From Candidatus Micrarchaeota archaeon (lineage in GTDB: Archaea > Micrarchaeota > Micrarchaeia > Norongarragalinales > JAPLXB01), in contig JAPLXB010000045.1 of assembly GCA_026396285.1 (NCBI GenBank), forward strand, positions 343 to 64,342: a DNA stretch of 64,000 nucleotides, written 5' to 3'. The translations under genes and the position numbers were made by a program. How positions within the stretch are numbered: the stretch's first letter is position 1; each line of letters starts with the position of its first letter. A model generated the notes under the pieces. The model saw nothing but the letters and a program-made list of their open reading frames with translations. It searched no databases and was not told the DNA's origin. This document shows, piece by piece, positions 8,804 to 18,053 of the stretch.

Positions 8804-10366
8804 TTATTTCGGCCGCAGGTCTATCGCGAGCCCCAGGCGTTTCTCCAACTCGGCGATGTTCTTGCCCTGTTTGCCGATGAGCCGCGGCATCATGCGCTCC
8901 GGGACGAAGACAATCACTCTTCCAGCCTCGAATTCAACTTCGTAGTCCCCTCCGATGTGCTGCTCGAGTATTTTCTTCACCCGGCCCGCGTCCACTTCAA
9001 CGTGTTTTTTCTTCGCCTTCACTTCCCTAACGGGAAGCACGACCGTTTCTTCGCCGAACTTGTAAATCTCGTATTCCAGCACGCCCGTGATGAGGTCCTT
9101 GACTTCGATGACCGGCCTCGCGAGGTCGCGTTCAGTCATCCCGTAAGGCTGTTTCACGGTGAACTTGAGGTCAAGCACCTTGGCCACGCGCCCGCGTTCA
9201 ATGAAGACGATGGTGTCGATGATTTCCGGGATTACGCCCAAATCTATTTTCCCGATGAAGCGCTGCATGGCGTCGATTGCCTCGGCCGCGTGGACGACTC
9301 CGATCATCCCGATGCCCGAGAGCCTGAGGTCCGCGAACACGCGGAAATCATCAGGTTTCCTGACTTCGTCGAAAATCGTGTAATCCGGCCGCACCAAAAG
9401 CAGGATGTCGGCAGTGTTTTCAAACGAGCCCGCGATAGGCGCGTACTGGGTGATTTCCTTCCCGACCTGCAGGTCGCGCGGCTGTTCAAGGGTCTTCACG
9501 ATTTTTTTCATCGCGGCGTAGTGCTCGGCGAGCGCGGTCGCGAACGTGCTCTTTCCGCTTCCCGGCGGCCCTGAGACGAGGAGGCCCTCGACTTTTTCCC
9601 CGAGCCGCGCGTACAGTTCCTTCGGAATGTTGTATTCGTCGAGCGTCATTTTCCTGATGGGCTTCACTACCGTGAGTTCGAACGCTTCGCTGACCGGCGG
9701 CTTGGTGAAAATCACCCGGTATGGCCCGACTTGGAGCACTGTCGCGCCCTCCAAGTCTATTTCAATGAAGCTCTTTTCCACCCGCTTCGAGTACTCGACC
9801 GCTTCCTTGACCATTTTTTCTATCTCGTCGCGGGAAAGCGCGGCCCTTCCGGCTTCGCGCAACTCGAACGCGCCCGGCAGCCCGACCTTGGCTTTTGGGA
9901 GGCAGCCCTCCTTCAGGTGGACCGACAGCGTTTCCGGGTTGAAGTATTTCGCGAACTCGAGTTTCGCCTCTGCGACAATCGGCGCAAGGTAGACGACTTC
10001 TATTCCTTCGGCTTCGGCGACCTTGTTCTGCACCCTATCCGTCGTGTACAGCGTCGCGCCGTGCTTTTTCGCCACGGCCCTCACCATGGCGTCTATTTCG
10101 CCGAACCGCGCGTTCTCTATCTCGCCTGCGCCGGGCCTTTCGCCGGCGTATTCAATGGTGACGCCTTTTTCCCGTTCGGCGATCTGGACGAGTTTTTTGA
10201 GTTCGTCGAGTCCGGTGAACCCGGTTTCGCTCCCGGAATTCGCCTGGTGCTCCAGTTCCGCCACCGCGCAGAGCGGGATGATTATTTTAGCGGATTTTTC
10301 GCGCGAGACTATCTCGCTGACGCGGCCGTCTATCAGGACGCCGGTGTCTGGTACTATTGTTTTCAT
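8804..10366 (-). CDS. PIN-domain / PilT-like ATPase / KH-domain protein (archaeal PINA-type ATPase)
   Basis: N-terminal PIN-like domain (MKTIVPDTGVLIDGR). Central P-loop GPPGSGKSTF with Walker B IFDEV. C-terminal KH GXXG motif IGKQGKNIAELEKRLG. Confidence 0.8.
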   Translation of the reverse strand: MKTIVPDTGVLIDGRVSEIVSREKSAKIIIPLCAVAELEHQANSGSETGFTGLDELKKLVQIAEREKGVTIEYAGERPGAGEIENARFGEIDAMVRAVAKKHGATLYTTDRVQNKVAEAEGIEVVYLAPIVAEAKLEFAKYFNPETLSVHLKEGCLPKAKVGLPGAFELREAGRAALSRDEIEKMVKEAVEYSKRVEKSFIEIDLEGATVLQVGPYRVIFTKPPVSEAFELTVVKPIRKMTLDEYNIPKELYARLGEKVEGLLVSGPPGSGKSTFATALAEHYAAMKKIVKTLEQPRDLQVGKEITQYAPIAGSFENTADILLLVRPDYTIFDEVRKPDDFRVFADLRLSGIGMIGVVHAAEAIDAMQRFIGKIDLGVIPEIIDTIVFIERGRVAKVLDLKFTVKQPYGMTERDLARPVIEVKDLITGVLEYEIYKFGEETVVLPVREVKAKKKHVEVDAGRVKKILEQHIGGDYEVEFEAGRVIVFVPERMMPRLIGKQGKNIAELEKRLGLAIDLRPK

Positions 10367-10385
10367 TATTCAACTCCTCCGTTGG

Positions 10386-10396
10386 TTTTTATAAAA
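10386..10396 (-). promoter_or_regulatory. TATA-like box (TTTTTATAAAA) about 20 to 30 nt upstream of the PINA ATPase start
   Basis: The only AT-rich hexamer-plus element between the gene start at 10366 and the long GC-rich intergenic region. Spacing is typical of archaeal leaderless promoters. Confidence 0.3.
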
Positions 10397-10805
10397 CCAT
10401 TTCTGGGCGCCCGCTGTTTCTCGTATGGCCCTGTGGAAATTCCTCAAGGGTCTTTCAAAAAGCATTACTTGGACCCGCTTGCGCCCGTGCTTGGTTCTGA
10501 AACGTAAAACGTAAATTTCTTGATCTGGTTCCCCGTGTTTTTTCCGCTTGTTTTTCAAACTGCCGCGATTGAATGCGGGTTTCCCCGAGCTTTAGAAAAA
10601 GCGGCCTTGCCGCCCGAGTCTTTTCTTCCAAACCCTTTGGCTTCAGTAAAACTGGAAAAGCGCTTGTAGAATGAGACGGATTCGTCTAAATCTCTGGCAT
10701 TCAGTGCCGCCTGATGTACTTTCATTGCGGCTGGTTAATAATTGTTTGGAATGCGGCAAAGTTGCCTAAAACGGCTTGATACTGGCTTTAACGCGGGAAG
10801 GAAAC

Positions 10806-10818
10806 GTTTTTAAAGTTT
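10806..10818 (+). promoter_or_regulatory. TATA-like box (GTTTTTAAAGTTT) upstream of rpoH and the rpo operon
   Basis: AT-rich element 45 to 57 nt upstream of the rpoH ATG at 10863, at the end of a 490-bp ORF-free region. Confidence 0.25.
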
Positions 10819-10862
10819 CTTTCACAAGTTTGTTAACCGAATTCTCGATCAGCCTGTGGTCA

Positions 10863-11105
10863 ATGTTGAGCGCGCCCACCGTACACGTCCTAGTTCCAAA
10901 AATCGTTTTGGCTAGCGAAGACGAGGTCAAGGAAGCGCTTGAAGCGCACGGCGCGGCGAAGGAGAACCTTCCGCTCATCAAGGCGGATGACGCGGGGCTG
11001 AAGCTGAACGGCGTGCAGGCGGCGCCCGGCGACGTCGTCAAGTGCCTGCGCTCCAGCCAAGTGACTGGCAAGGAAGAGGCTTTTTACCGGCGCGTGGTCG
11101 AGTGA
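10863..11105 (+). CDS. rpoH: DNA-directed RNA polymerase subunit H (Rpo5)
   Basis: 80 aa from the internal ATG. Motifs HVLVPK...SEDEVKEALE...LPLIKADD...GDVVKCLR....FYRRVV match the RpoH consensus (LVPKHE..SEEE..LL....LP.I...DP....GDVV.I.R.S...G....YR.V). The 29-aa upstream extension in the ORF track has no homology. Confidence 0.8.
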   Translation: MLSAPTVHVLVPKIVLASEDEVKEALEAHGAAKENLPLIKADDAGLKLNGVQAAPGDVVKCLRSSQVTGKEEAFYRRVVE

Positions 11106-11139
11106 CAGTTGGCCCCGGCTTGAGCCGGGGATTCGGCAA

Positions 11140-12693
11140 TTGGGTTTCCGGGGTTTGGAACCGGGCCGTCTTGTCCGGCGGCGCCGGGTATTGGGCGCTG
11201 GAAGGCGCCTTTGCGGGAGTGGGTGTGGCTTGTTTCCTGAAATAACCGAATCTTACCTTCGAGAGAACTCGCTCGTCAAGCAGTTCATCGACTCCTACGA
11301 CAAGTTCGTTGAGAACGGGTTGCAGGAAATCGTTGACTCGCAGGCGGTGATAGAGCCGCAGATGGAGGGCGTGGTCGTGAAGCTAGGGCGGGTCAGCCTC
11401 GGCAGGCCGGTCGTCATCGAATACGACGGCTCCAAGAGGGAATTGTGGCCCATGGAGGCGAGGCTCAGGGACCTCACGTACTCGGCGCCGCTGTACCTGG
11501 AAATGACGCAGGCCGTGAACGGCGTTGAAAAGAAGCCCGAGAACGTTTACGTCGGCGAACTCCCGGTGATGCTGAAGTCAAAGCTGTGTTACCTTAGGGG
11601 AAAGAACGCGGACGAACTAGTCCAGGCCGGCGAGGACTCCCACGACCCCGGGGCGTACTTCATAATCAACGGCACCGAGAAATCGCTGATGACGCTGGAG
11701 GACCTGGCGCCGAACAGGATACTGGTGTCGCGCGAGAAGGACAAGGAGATGACGCAGGCCAAGGTTTTCTCCACGCGCCTCGGCTTCAGGGGACGCTGCA
11801 CCGTGGACAGGACGAAGGACGGGAAGTTTTACGTGACCATGCCTTCGTACAGCAAGGCGATTGAACTCATGCTGGTTCTCAAGGCCCTGGGATTGGACAA
11901 GGACGAAAAGGTGCTCGACGCTTTCCCGGAGCAGCCGGAAGTAAGGAACGACGTGCTCCTCAACCTCGAGTCCGACGAGGCGAAGGGCAGGAAGGACGCC
12001 CTTGAATCAATAGGCAAGCGCGCTGCGCCGGGCCAGCCAATTGAATACCAGATGAAGAGGGCGGAACTGCTGCTTGACCGGTATCTCCTGCCGCACATCG
12101 GCGTGAACGAGAAGGACCGGCTGGCGAAAGCGTATTTCCTGTGCAGGATGGCCGAACGGACGGTGTACGTCGCTTACAAGCTGCGGTCAGTCGAGGACAA
12201 GGACCACTACGCCAACAAGCGCCTCAAGATCTCGGGGAAACTGATGGAGGAACTGTTCAGGTACGCGTTCCAGTTTTTGGTCAAGGACGTGACTTACCAG
12301 ATGGAGCGCGCCAACGTCAGGGGCAGGAAAATCAGCATGTTCGCAATCGTGCGGCCTGACGCGCTTTCGGACAGGATAAAGTATTCCATGGCTACCGGCA
12401 ACTGGGTCGGGGGCCACACCGGCGTGTGCCAGCCTCTTGACCGCTACAACTACATTTCGGCAATGAGTTTCCTGCGGAGGGTGACGTCGCCGCTGGCGAA
12501 GAAGCACCCCCACCACAAGGCAAGGGACCTGCACGGCACGCACTGGGGCAGGCTTGACCCGAACGAGACTCCCGAGGGGCCGAACTGCGGCTTGGTGAAG
12601 AACCTGGCGCTGTTCTGCGAAATCACGACCGGCGCCGAAGAGGAGCCGCTGGAAGCGATGTTCAAGAAAGCGGGGGTCACGCTGCGCGCGTGA
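11140..12693 (+). CDS. rpoB2: DNA-directed RNA polymerase subunit B'' (N-terminal half of a split rpoB)
   Basis: Conserved RpoB N-terminal motifs SYLRENSLVKQFIDSYDKFVENGLQEIV and downstream rudder/lobe regions. The gene ends with a stop 27 nt before B'. The N-terminus from the ATG at 11140 is an odd Arg-rich 30 aa, so the true start may be the TTG at 11230, just before ITESYL. Confidence 0.85.
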   Translation: MGFRGLEPGRLVRRRRVLGAGRRLCGSGCGLFPEITESYLRENSLVKQFIDSYDKFVENGLQEIVDSQAVIEPQMEGVVVKLGRVSLGRPVVIEYDGSKRELWPMEARLRDLTYSAPLYLEMTQAVNGVEKKPENVYVGELPVMLKSKLCYLRGKNADELVQAGEDSHDPGAYFIINGTEKSLMTLEDLAPNRILVSREKDKEMTQAKVFSTRLGFRGRCTVDRTKDGKFYVTMPSYSKAIELMLVLKALGLDKDEKVLDAFPEQPEVRNDVLLNLESDEAKGRKDALESIGKRAAPGQPIEYQMKRAELLLDRYLLPHIGVNEKDRLAKAYFLCRMAERTVYVAYKLRSVEDKDHYANKRLKISGKLMEELFRYAFQFLVKDVTYQMERANVRGRKISMFAIVRPDALSDRIKYSMATGNWVGGHTGVCQPLDRYNYISAMSFLRRVTSPLAKKHPHHKARDLHGTHWGRLDPNETPEGPNCGLVKNLALFCEITTGAEEEPLEAMFKKAGVTLRA

Positions 12694-12720
12694 CGGAATA
12701 ACGAATACGGTTTTGGTGAA

Positions 12721-14562
12721 GTGGTTGGAATGAAGGTAAGCGTTTACTTGAACGGGCGGTTCATCGGGTTCACCGAGGAAGGCGAGAAACTCGCCCAGGA
12801 CATCCGCGACAAGAGGCGCGGCGGGGAGCTTGACCCCCAGGCCAACGTCGCCTACTATCCGCGCACCAACGAAGTCTTCGTCAACACCGACGAAGGCCGG
12901 GCGAGGCGGCCGCTGATAGTCGTCAAGCGCGGGAAAAGCATGTTCACTCCCCAGCACGCGGAAAAACTGAGGCAGAGACAGCTCGCTTGGAGCGGCCTCG
13001 TGAAGGAAGGCGTGGTTGAATACCTTGACGCGGAAGAGGAGGAGAACGCCTACGTTGCGATGGACGAAACCGAACTGGACCGCGCCACCGGGGCCGGAAA
13101 GGAGGAGCGCTTCACGCACCTTGAAATAGACCCTGCAAGCATCCTTGGCTACGCGTCCGCCCAGGTCCCGTTCCCGGAGCACAGCATGGCGCCGAGGGTC
13201 CTCATGGCCGCCCAGCACACGAAGCAGAGCCTCGGGCTGTACGCGTCAAATTACAACATGAGGACCGAGACAAGGGCGTATGTCCTCAACTATCCCCAGA
13301 AACCGCTTACAAAGACGAGGGTCTACGACTCCCTGGAGAACTACCGGCGCGCCAGCGGCCAGAACTTCGTCGTCGCGGTGCTTTCCTACCGCGGGTACAA
13401 CCTGAACGACGCGGTCGTCCTCAACAAGGACGCGATCGACCGCAGCCTTGCGCGGAGCGTCTTCCTCAGGACCTACGCCGACGAGGAGAGGCGCTATCCG
13501 GGCGGGCAGAAGGACAAGTTCGAGATCCCGCCTGAGTTCGTCCAAGGCTATCTCGGGGAACCCGATTACGCCAACCTTGACGAGAAGGGAGTGATCAACC
13601 CGGATACGCCAGTCGGGCCTGACTCGGTCCTCGTGGGCAAGACTTCGCCGCCGAGGTTCTTGAAGGAAATAAGCGCACTTGACGTGGAGACCGAGAAGCG
13701 GAGGGAGAATTCGCTGGCGGTCAGGAGCAACGAGTCAGGGGTCGTCGACGCGGTCATCATGTCCGAGACCACCTCTGGCAACAGGCTAGTGAAAGTCCGC
13801 GTGAGGAAGACGAACGTCCCGGAAATCGGGGACAAGTTCGCGTCGCGCTTCGGCCAAAAAGGGATCGTGTCAATGCTTGTTCCCCAGAGGGACCTGCCGT
13901 TCACCGCCTCGGGCGTCGTGCCCGACTTGATGATCAACCCCCACGCCATTCCCGGAAGAATGACTGCAGGCCACCTGATTGAAATGCTGGCAGGCAAGGC
14001 CGCATCCATCGACGGCAGGCGCAGGGACGGCACCGCGTTCACCGGCGAAAAGCGCGAGGACTTCGAGAAGACGCTCGCGGAAAACGGGTTCAGGTACACC
14101 GGCGAGGAACTCCTCTACGACGGGGTGACCGGCAAGATGATGCCGGCCAAGATTTTCGTGGGCGTGATTTACTACCAGCGCCTCCACCACCTCGTGAGCC
14201 TCAAGATGCACGCGCGCTCGCGCGGGCCCGTGCAGATGCTTACCCACCAGCCGACCGAGGGAAGGGCCCGCGAAGGCGGGTTGAGGCTGGGAGAGATGGA
14301 ACGCGACTGCTTCATAGGCTTCGGCGCGGCCGCGCTGCTGAAGGAGAGGATGATTGACTCAAGCGACAAGACCACGGAACTCGTGTGCGAGGACTGCGGG
14401 TCGCTGGGAGTCGCGGACAAGATAAAGAACCGCATTTACTGCCCCTTGTGCGAGTCCACGAACGTGCACGAGGTGGAAATGAGTTACGCGTTCAAGCTCC
14501 TATTGGACGAGATGAAGAGCATAGGGATTTTCCCGAAACTCCAGTTGAAGTCAAAAGGATGA
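12721..14562 (+). CDS. rpoB1: DNA-directed RNA polymerase subunit B' (C-terminal half of a split rpoB)
   Basis: Universal RpoB motifs GDKFASRFGQKG, NPHAIPGRMTAGHL and GGLRLGEMERDC, plus C-terminal Zn-binding CEDCGS...CPLCES. Confidence 0.9.
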   Translation: MVGMKVSVYLNGRFIGFTEEGEKLAQDIRDKRRGGELDPQANVAYYPRTNEVFVNTDEGRARRPLIVVKRGKSMFTPQHAEKLRQRQLAWSGLVKEGVVEYLDAEEEENAYVAMDETELDRATGAGKEERFTHLEIDPASILGYASAQVPFPEHSMAPRVLMAAQHTKQSLGLYASNYNMRTETRAYVLNYPQKPLTKTRVYDSLENYRRASGQNFVVAVLSYRGYNLNDAVVLNKDAIDRSLARSVFLRTYADEERRYPGGQKDKFEIPPEFVQGYLGEPDYANLDEKGVINPDTPVGPDSVLVGKTSPPRFLKEISALDVETEKRRENSLAVRSNESGVVDAVIMSETTSGNRLVKVRVRKTNVPEIGDKFASRFGQKGIVSMLVPQRDLPFTASGVVPDLMINPHAIPGRMTAGHLIEMLAGKAASIDGRRRDGTAFTGEKREDFEKTLAENGFRYTGEELLYDGVTGKMMPAKIFVGVIYYQRLHHLVSLKMHARSRGPVQMLTHQPTEGRAREGGLRLGEMERDCFIGFGAAALLKERMIDSSDKTTELVCEDCGSLGVADKIKNRIYCPLCESTNVHEVEMSYAFKLLLDEMKSIGIFPKLQLKSKG

Positions 14563-14563
14563 T

Positions 14564-17500
14564 TTGATTGGGTGCAGGTGTGTTTTTGTGATGAAGGCGA
14601 TTTCAGGCATTGAATTCGGCGTCTTTTCCCCGGAGAACGTGAGGAAAATGAGCGCGGTCAAGGTCACCGTGCCGGACACCTACGACGAGGACGGGTACCC
14701 CATCAGCGGCGGGCTCGCCGACCAGCATCTGGGCGTCATTGACCCCGGCCTCAAGTGCAAGACGTGCGGCGGCAGGATGAAGACGTGCGGCGGCCACTTC
14801 GGCCACATCGAGCTCGTCCGGCCGGTCGTGCACGTGGGTTTCGCCAAGCCGGTTTACCTGCTGTTGCGCGCGACGTGCAGGAAGTGCGGCCGCGCCATGA
14901 CCGCGGAATCGATTGAAAAGGCGAAGCGCATATCCGAGTGCCCGCACTGCGGCGAGCAGCAGAAAACCATCAAGTTCGTGAAGCCGACGAGTTTCTACGA
15001 GGAGGACCGCAGGGTTCTCCCGAACGAGGTCAGGGAACGCCTTGAACGCATTACCGACGAGGATTTGGCCGCGTGGGGGATAAAGCTGAGGCCCGAGTGG
15101 ATGGTGCTCACGATCCTGCTCGTGCCGCCGGTGACTGTCAGGCCAAGCATCACCCTTGAAACCGGGGAAAGAAGCGAGGACGACCTGACCCACAAGCTCG
15201 TGGACATTTTGAGGATCAACCAGCGCCTCGGGGAAAACATTGACGCGGGAGCGCCCCAGCTAATCATAGAGGACTTGTGGGAGCTTTTGCAGTACCACGT
15301 TGCGACGTTCTTTGACAACGAGACCGCGGGAATCCCGCCGGCGCGCCACAGGTCCGGCAGGCAGTTGAAGACGCTTTTCCAGCGCCTCAAGGGCAAGGAA
15401 GGAAGGTTCCGCTACAACCTGTCCGGCAAGAGGGTCAACTTTTCCGCGCGCACGGTGATTTCGCCTGACCCGATGCTGGGGATAAACGAGCTCGGCATAC
15501 CGCAGGAAATCGCCAAGGAACTCACGCTGCCGGTGTCGGTCACCGAATGGAACAAGGAGAACATGAAGGAGCTGGTGAAGGCGAACGCGGAGAAGATAAA
15601 CTACATAATCAGGCCGGACGGACGGAGGAAGAAGCTCATTCCCAGCAACGTCGACGAAATCGTCGCCGAACTTGCGCCGGGTTACGTGATTGAAAGGCAG
15701 TTGATGGACGGCGACCTAGTGATATTCAACCGCCAGCCGTCCCTCCACCGCGTGAGCATGATGTGCCACTCGGTGCGCGTGCTGCCGGGCAAGACGTTCA
15801 GGTTCAACGTCGCGGTCTGCGCGCCGTACAACGCGGACTTCGACGGGGACGAAATGAACATCCACGTGCCACAGAACGAGGAGGCGCAGAGCGAGGCGGA
15901 CATACTCATGAAGGTGCAGGACCAGATTCTTTCGCCGCGGAACTCGGAGCCGCTCATAGCGCCGATACTTGACCAAGTGAGCGGGCTTTACCTCTTGACT
16001 ATTGACGGCACGACGTTCACTAGGGCGGAGGCGTGCTCGCTGCTCGCAAGCGCCGGCATCGTGGAGGAAGTGGGTGGCGACAAGACGACCGGCAAGGAAC
16101 TGTTTTCGTTCCTGCTTCCCAAGGGATTTAACGTCGAGTACGTGAACCGCAGCAAGGAGGCCGTGAAGATAAAGAACGGCAAACTGTTGTCCGGCCACGT
16201 GGACAGCAAGATAAGCGACCTGCTCACCAAGCAGATTTTCGACGACTTCGGTTCCGAGGCGGCAAGGAAATTCCTGGACGCGGCCACGAGGATTTCAACG
16301 GAAGTGATCACGCGCTACGGCCTGTCGCTCAGCCTCGAGGACTACCACCTCAGCGAGGAGGGCGTGAAGGAAATAAGGGACATCTGGCGCGACGGAAGGA
16401 AAAAAGTGAAATCCCTTGTCCAACAGTACCGCGAGGGGAAACTCGAGAGAAAGCCGGGGAAAACACTGAAGGAGACCCTCGAGGAACTGGTCATGAATGT
16501 CCTTGAGCACACGAGGGACTCGTGCGGCCACCACCTGCTCCACCACATCAAGCGCGTGCCGTTGAAGGCGTTCGGCGCGCCGGTCAACCACAATTCCGCG
16601 CTCCTCATGAGCAGGGCGGGCGCGAGGGGAAAGCTCCTGAACGTGGTGCAGATGGCCGCGCTCGTTGGCCAGCAGGCCGTGAGGGGCAAGAGGATGAAGT
16701 CGGGTTACAAGAACAGGATACTCCCGCACTTCAAGAAAGGCGACCTGGGCGACGACGCAAGGGGTTTCGTGAGCAGCAGCTACGTAGAAGGCCTTGACCC
16801 GCTCCAGTACTTCTTCCACGCGGCCGGAGGCCGCGATTCGGTCGTGGACAAGGGCGTCAACCCCGCGAAGACGGGTTACATGCAGCGCAGGCTCATCAAC
16901 GCCCTCCAGGACATGATGGTTACCCCGAGCCGCTGCGTCAAGGACGCGGAAGGCAGCATAATCCAGTTCAAGTACGGCGACGACGGAATGGACATCGCAG
17001 GCAAGCCCATTTCACCGGGCGAGCCGGTGGGAGTCGTGGCCGCCCAAAGCATAGGCGAGCCCGGCACCCAGATGACGCTGAGGACATTCCACTACGCGGG
17101 AGTCGCTTCACTGGCGCAGCTTGGTTTCACGCGCCTCGTCGAAGTCGTGGACGCGAGGAAGACGCCCAAGAACCCGGTCATGGAAGTTTACCTGAAAAAA
17201 GAGTATTCCAAGGACCTGGACAAGGTGAAGGCCATCGCCTCCAGCATAGAGGAGATAACGGTTGACAAGATTGCGTCGGTCAAGGAGGAGTTCTCGAAGA
17301 AACTAATCCGCATCACGCTCGACACCGACGCGCTGGACGAGATGAAGATAAAGCCCGAGGAAGTGACCGAGAAAATAAAGGCCATCGAGCCCGCGACCAC
17401 GCGCGACAAGAACGTGATAACGGTGAAGACAAAAGCAGAGGACTTGAAGAGCATAAGGAAGATAACCACGCGGCTCAAGGAAATGACGCTAAAGGGGATA

Positions 17501-17980
17501 AAGGGCATCGCGCGCGCCATCATCGTTGAAATGAACGGCGAACTGACGCTCGCCACCGAGGGAAGCAACCTTGAGGAAGTGTTCAAGATACCCGCAGTGG
17601 ACGCGGTGCGCACGAGCACGAACGACATTGTCGAGATATCCAAGGTGCTGGGCATAGAGGCTGCGCGCAACTCCATCATAACCGAGATAGTGAAAGTCCT
17701 CGATGCACAGGATTTGAAAGTGGACCTGAGGCACATCATGCTCATTGCCGACGCGATGACGCTCAAGGGCGAAGTGAAGTCAATCGGCCGCCACGGGCTG
17801 GCAGGCGAAAAGGCGTCTGTCCTGGCGCGCGCGGCGTTCGAGGAGACCGCGAAGCACTTGCTCAAGGCGTGCGTCTACGGCGAAAGCGACCCGCTGAAGG
17901 GGGTCACTGAAAACATAATCATCGGCCAGACCATTCCCTGCGGCACCGGGACAGTAAACCTGGAAATGGACGTCGACTAG
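14564..17980 (+). CDS. rpoA: DNA-directed RNA polymerase subunit A, unsplit (A' and A'' regions in one 1138-aa reading frame)
   Basis: N-terminal Zn motif CKTCGG..CGGHFGH. Catalytic NADFDGDEMN. Bridge helix AKTGYMQRRLINALQDMM. About 50 aa later, with no intervening stop, come the A''-specific AAQSIGEPGTQMTLRTFHYAGV and the C-terminal jaw/cleft. The probable true start is MKAISGIEFG at 14591. Confidence 0.85.
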   Translation: MIGCRCVFVMKAISGIEFGVFSPENVRKMSAVKVTVPDTYDEDGYPISGGLADQHLGVIDPGLKCKTCGGRMKTCGGHFGHIELVRPVVHVGFAKPVYLLLRATCRKCGRAMTAESIEKAKRISECPHCGEQQKTIKFVKPTSFYEEDRRVLPNEVRERLERITDEDLAAWGIKLRPEWMVLTILLVPPVTVRPSITLETGERSEDDLTHKLVDILRINQRLGENIDAGAPQLIIEDLWELLQYHVATFFDNETAGIPPARHRSGRQLKTLFQRLKGKEGRFRYNLSGKRVNFSARTVISPDPMLGINELGIPQEIAKELTLPVSVTEWNKENMKELVKANAEKINYIIRPDGRRKKLIPSNVDEIVAELAPGYVIERQLMDGDLVIFNRQPSLHRVSMMCHSVRVLPGKTFRFNVAVCAPYNADFDGDEMNIHVPQNEEAQSEADILMKVQDQILSPRNSEPLIAPILDQVSGLYLLTIDGTTFTRAEACSLLASAGIVEEVGGDKTTGKELFSFLLPKGFNVEYVNRSKEAVKIKNGKLLSGHVDSKISDLLTKQIFDDFGSEAARKFLDAATRISTEVITRYGLSLSLEDYHLSEEGVKEIRDIWRDGRKKVKSLVQQYREGKLERKPGKTLKETLEELVMNVLEHTRDSCGHHLLHHIKRVPLKAFGAPVNHNSALLMSRAGARGKLLNVVQMAALVGQQAVRGKRMKSGYKNRILPHFKKGDLGDDARGFVSSSYVEGLDPLQYFFHAAGGRDSVVDKGVNPAKTGYMQRRLINALQDMMVTPSRCVKDAEGSIIQFKYGDDGMDIAGKPISPGEPVGVVAAQSIGEPGTQMTLRTFHYAGVASLAQLGFTRLVEVVDARKTPKNPVMEVYLKKEYSKDLDKVKAIASSIEEITVDKIASVKEEFSKKLIRITLDTDALDEMKIKPEEVTEKIKAIEPATTRDKNVITVKTKAEDLKSIRKITTRLKEMTLKGIKGIARAIIVEMNGELTLATEGSNLEEVFKIPAVDAVRTSTNDIVEISKVLGIEAARNSIITEIVKVLDAQDLKVDLRHIMLIADAMTLKGEVKSIGRHGLAGEKASVLARAAFEETAKHLLKACVYGESDPLKGVTENIIIGQTIPCGTGTVNLEMDVD

Positions 17981-18053
17981 TCAGCGCCGCCCGGCTGGTT
18001 TGCGGCAAGCCGCAATCCACCCTGTTTCCGCCTTTCCAGCACTTATTCCGCTT

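Noticed and set aside
10500-10760. Looked for RNase P RNA or SRP RNA in the long spacer
   Set aside because: I could not find the universally conserved P4 (AGGAAAGUCCGG-like) or SRP helix-8 motifs by eye. This remains only an unexplained spacer.
12187-13218. 343-aa minus-strand ORF
   Set aside because: Antisense to rpoB'' and rpoB'. His/Arg/Pro-rich composition with no motifs. High GC suppresses stop codons on the opposite strand.
14603-15193. 196-aa minus-strand ORF and others opposite rpoA (15716..16198, 16295..16819, 17188..17865)
   Set aside because: Antisense shadows of the RpoA gene.
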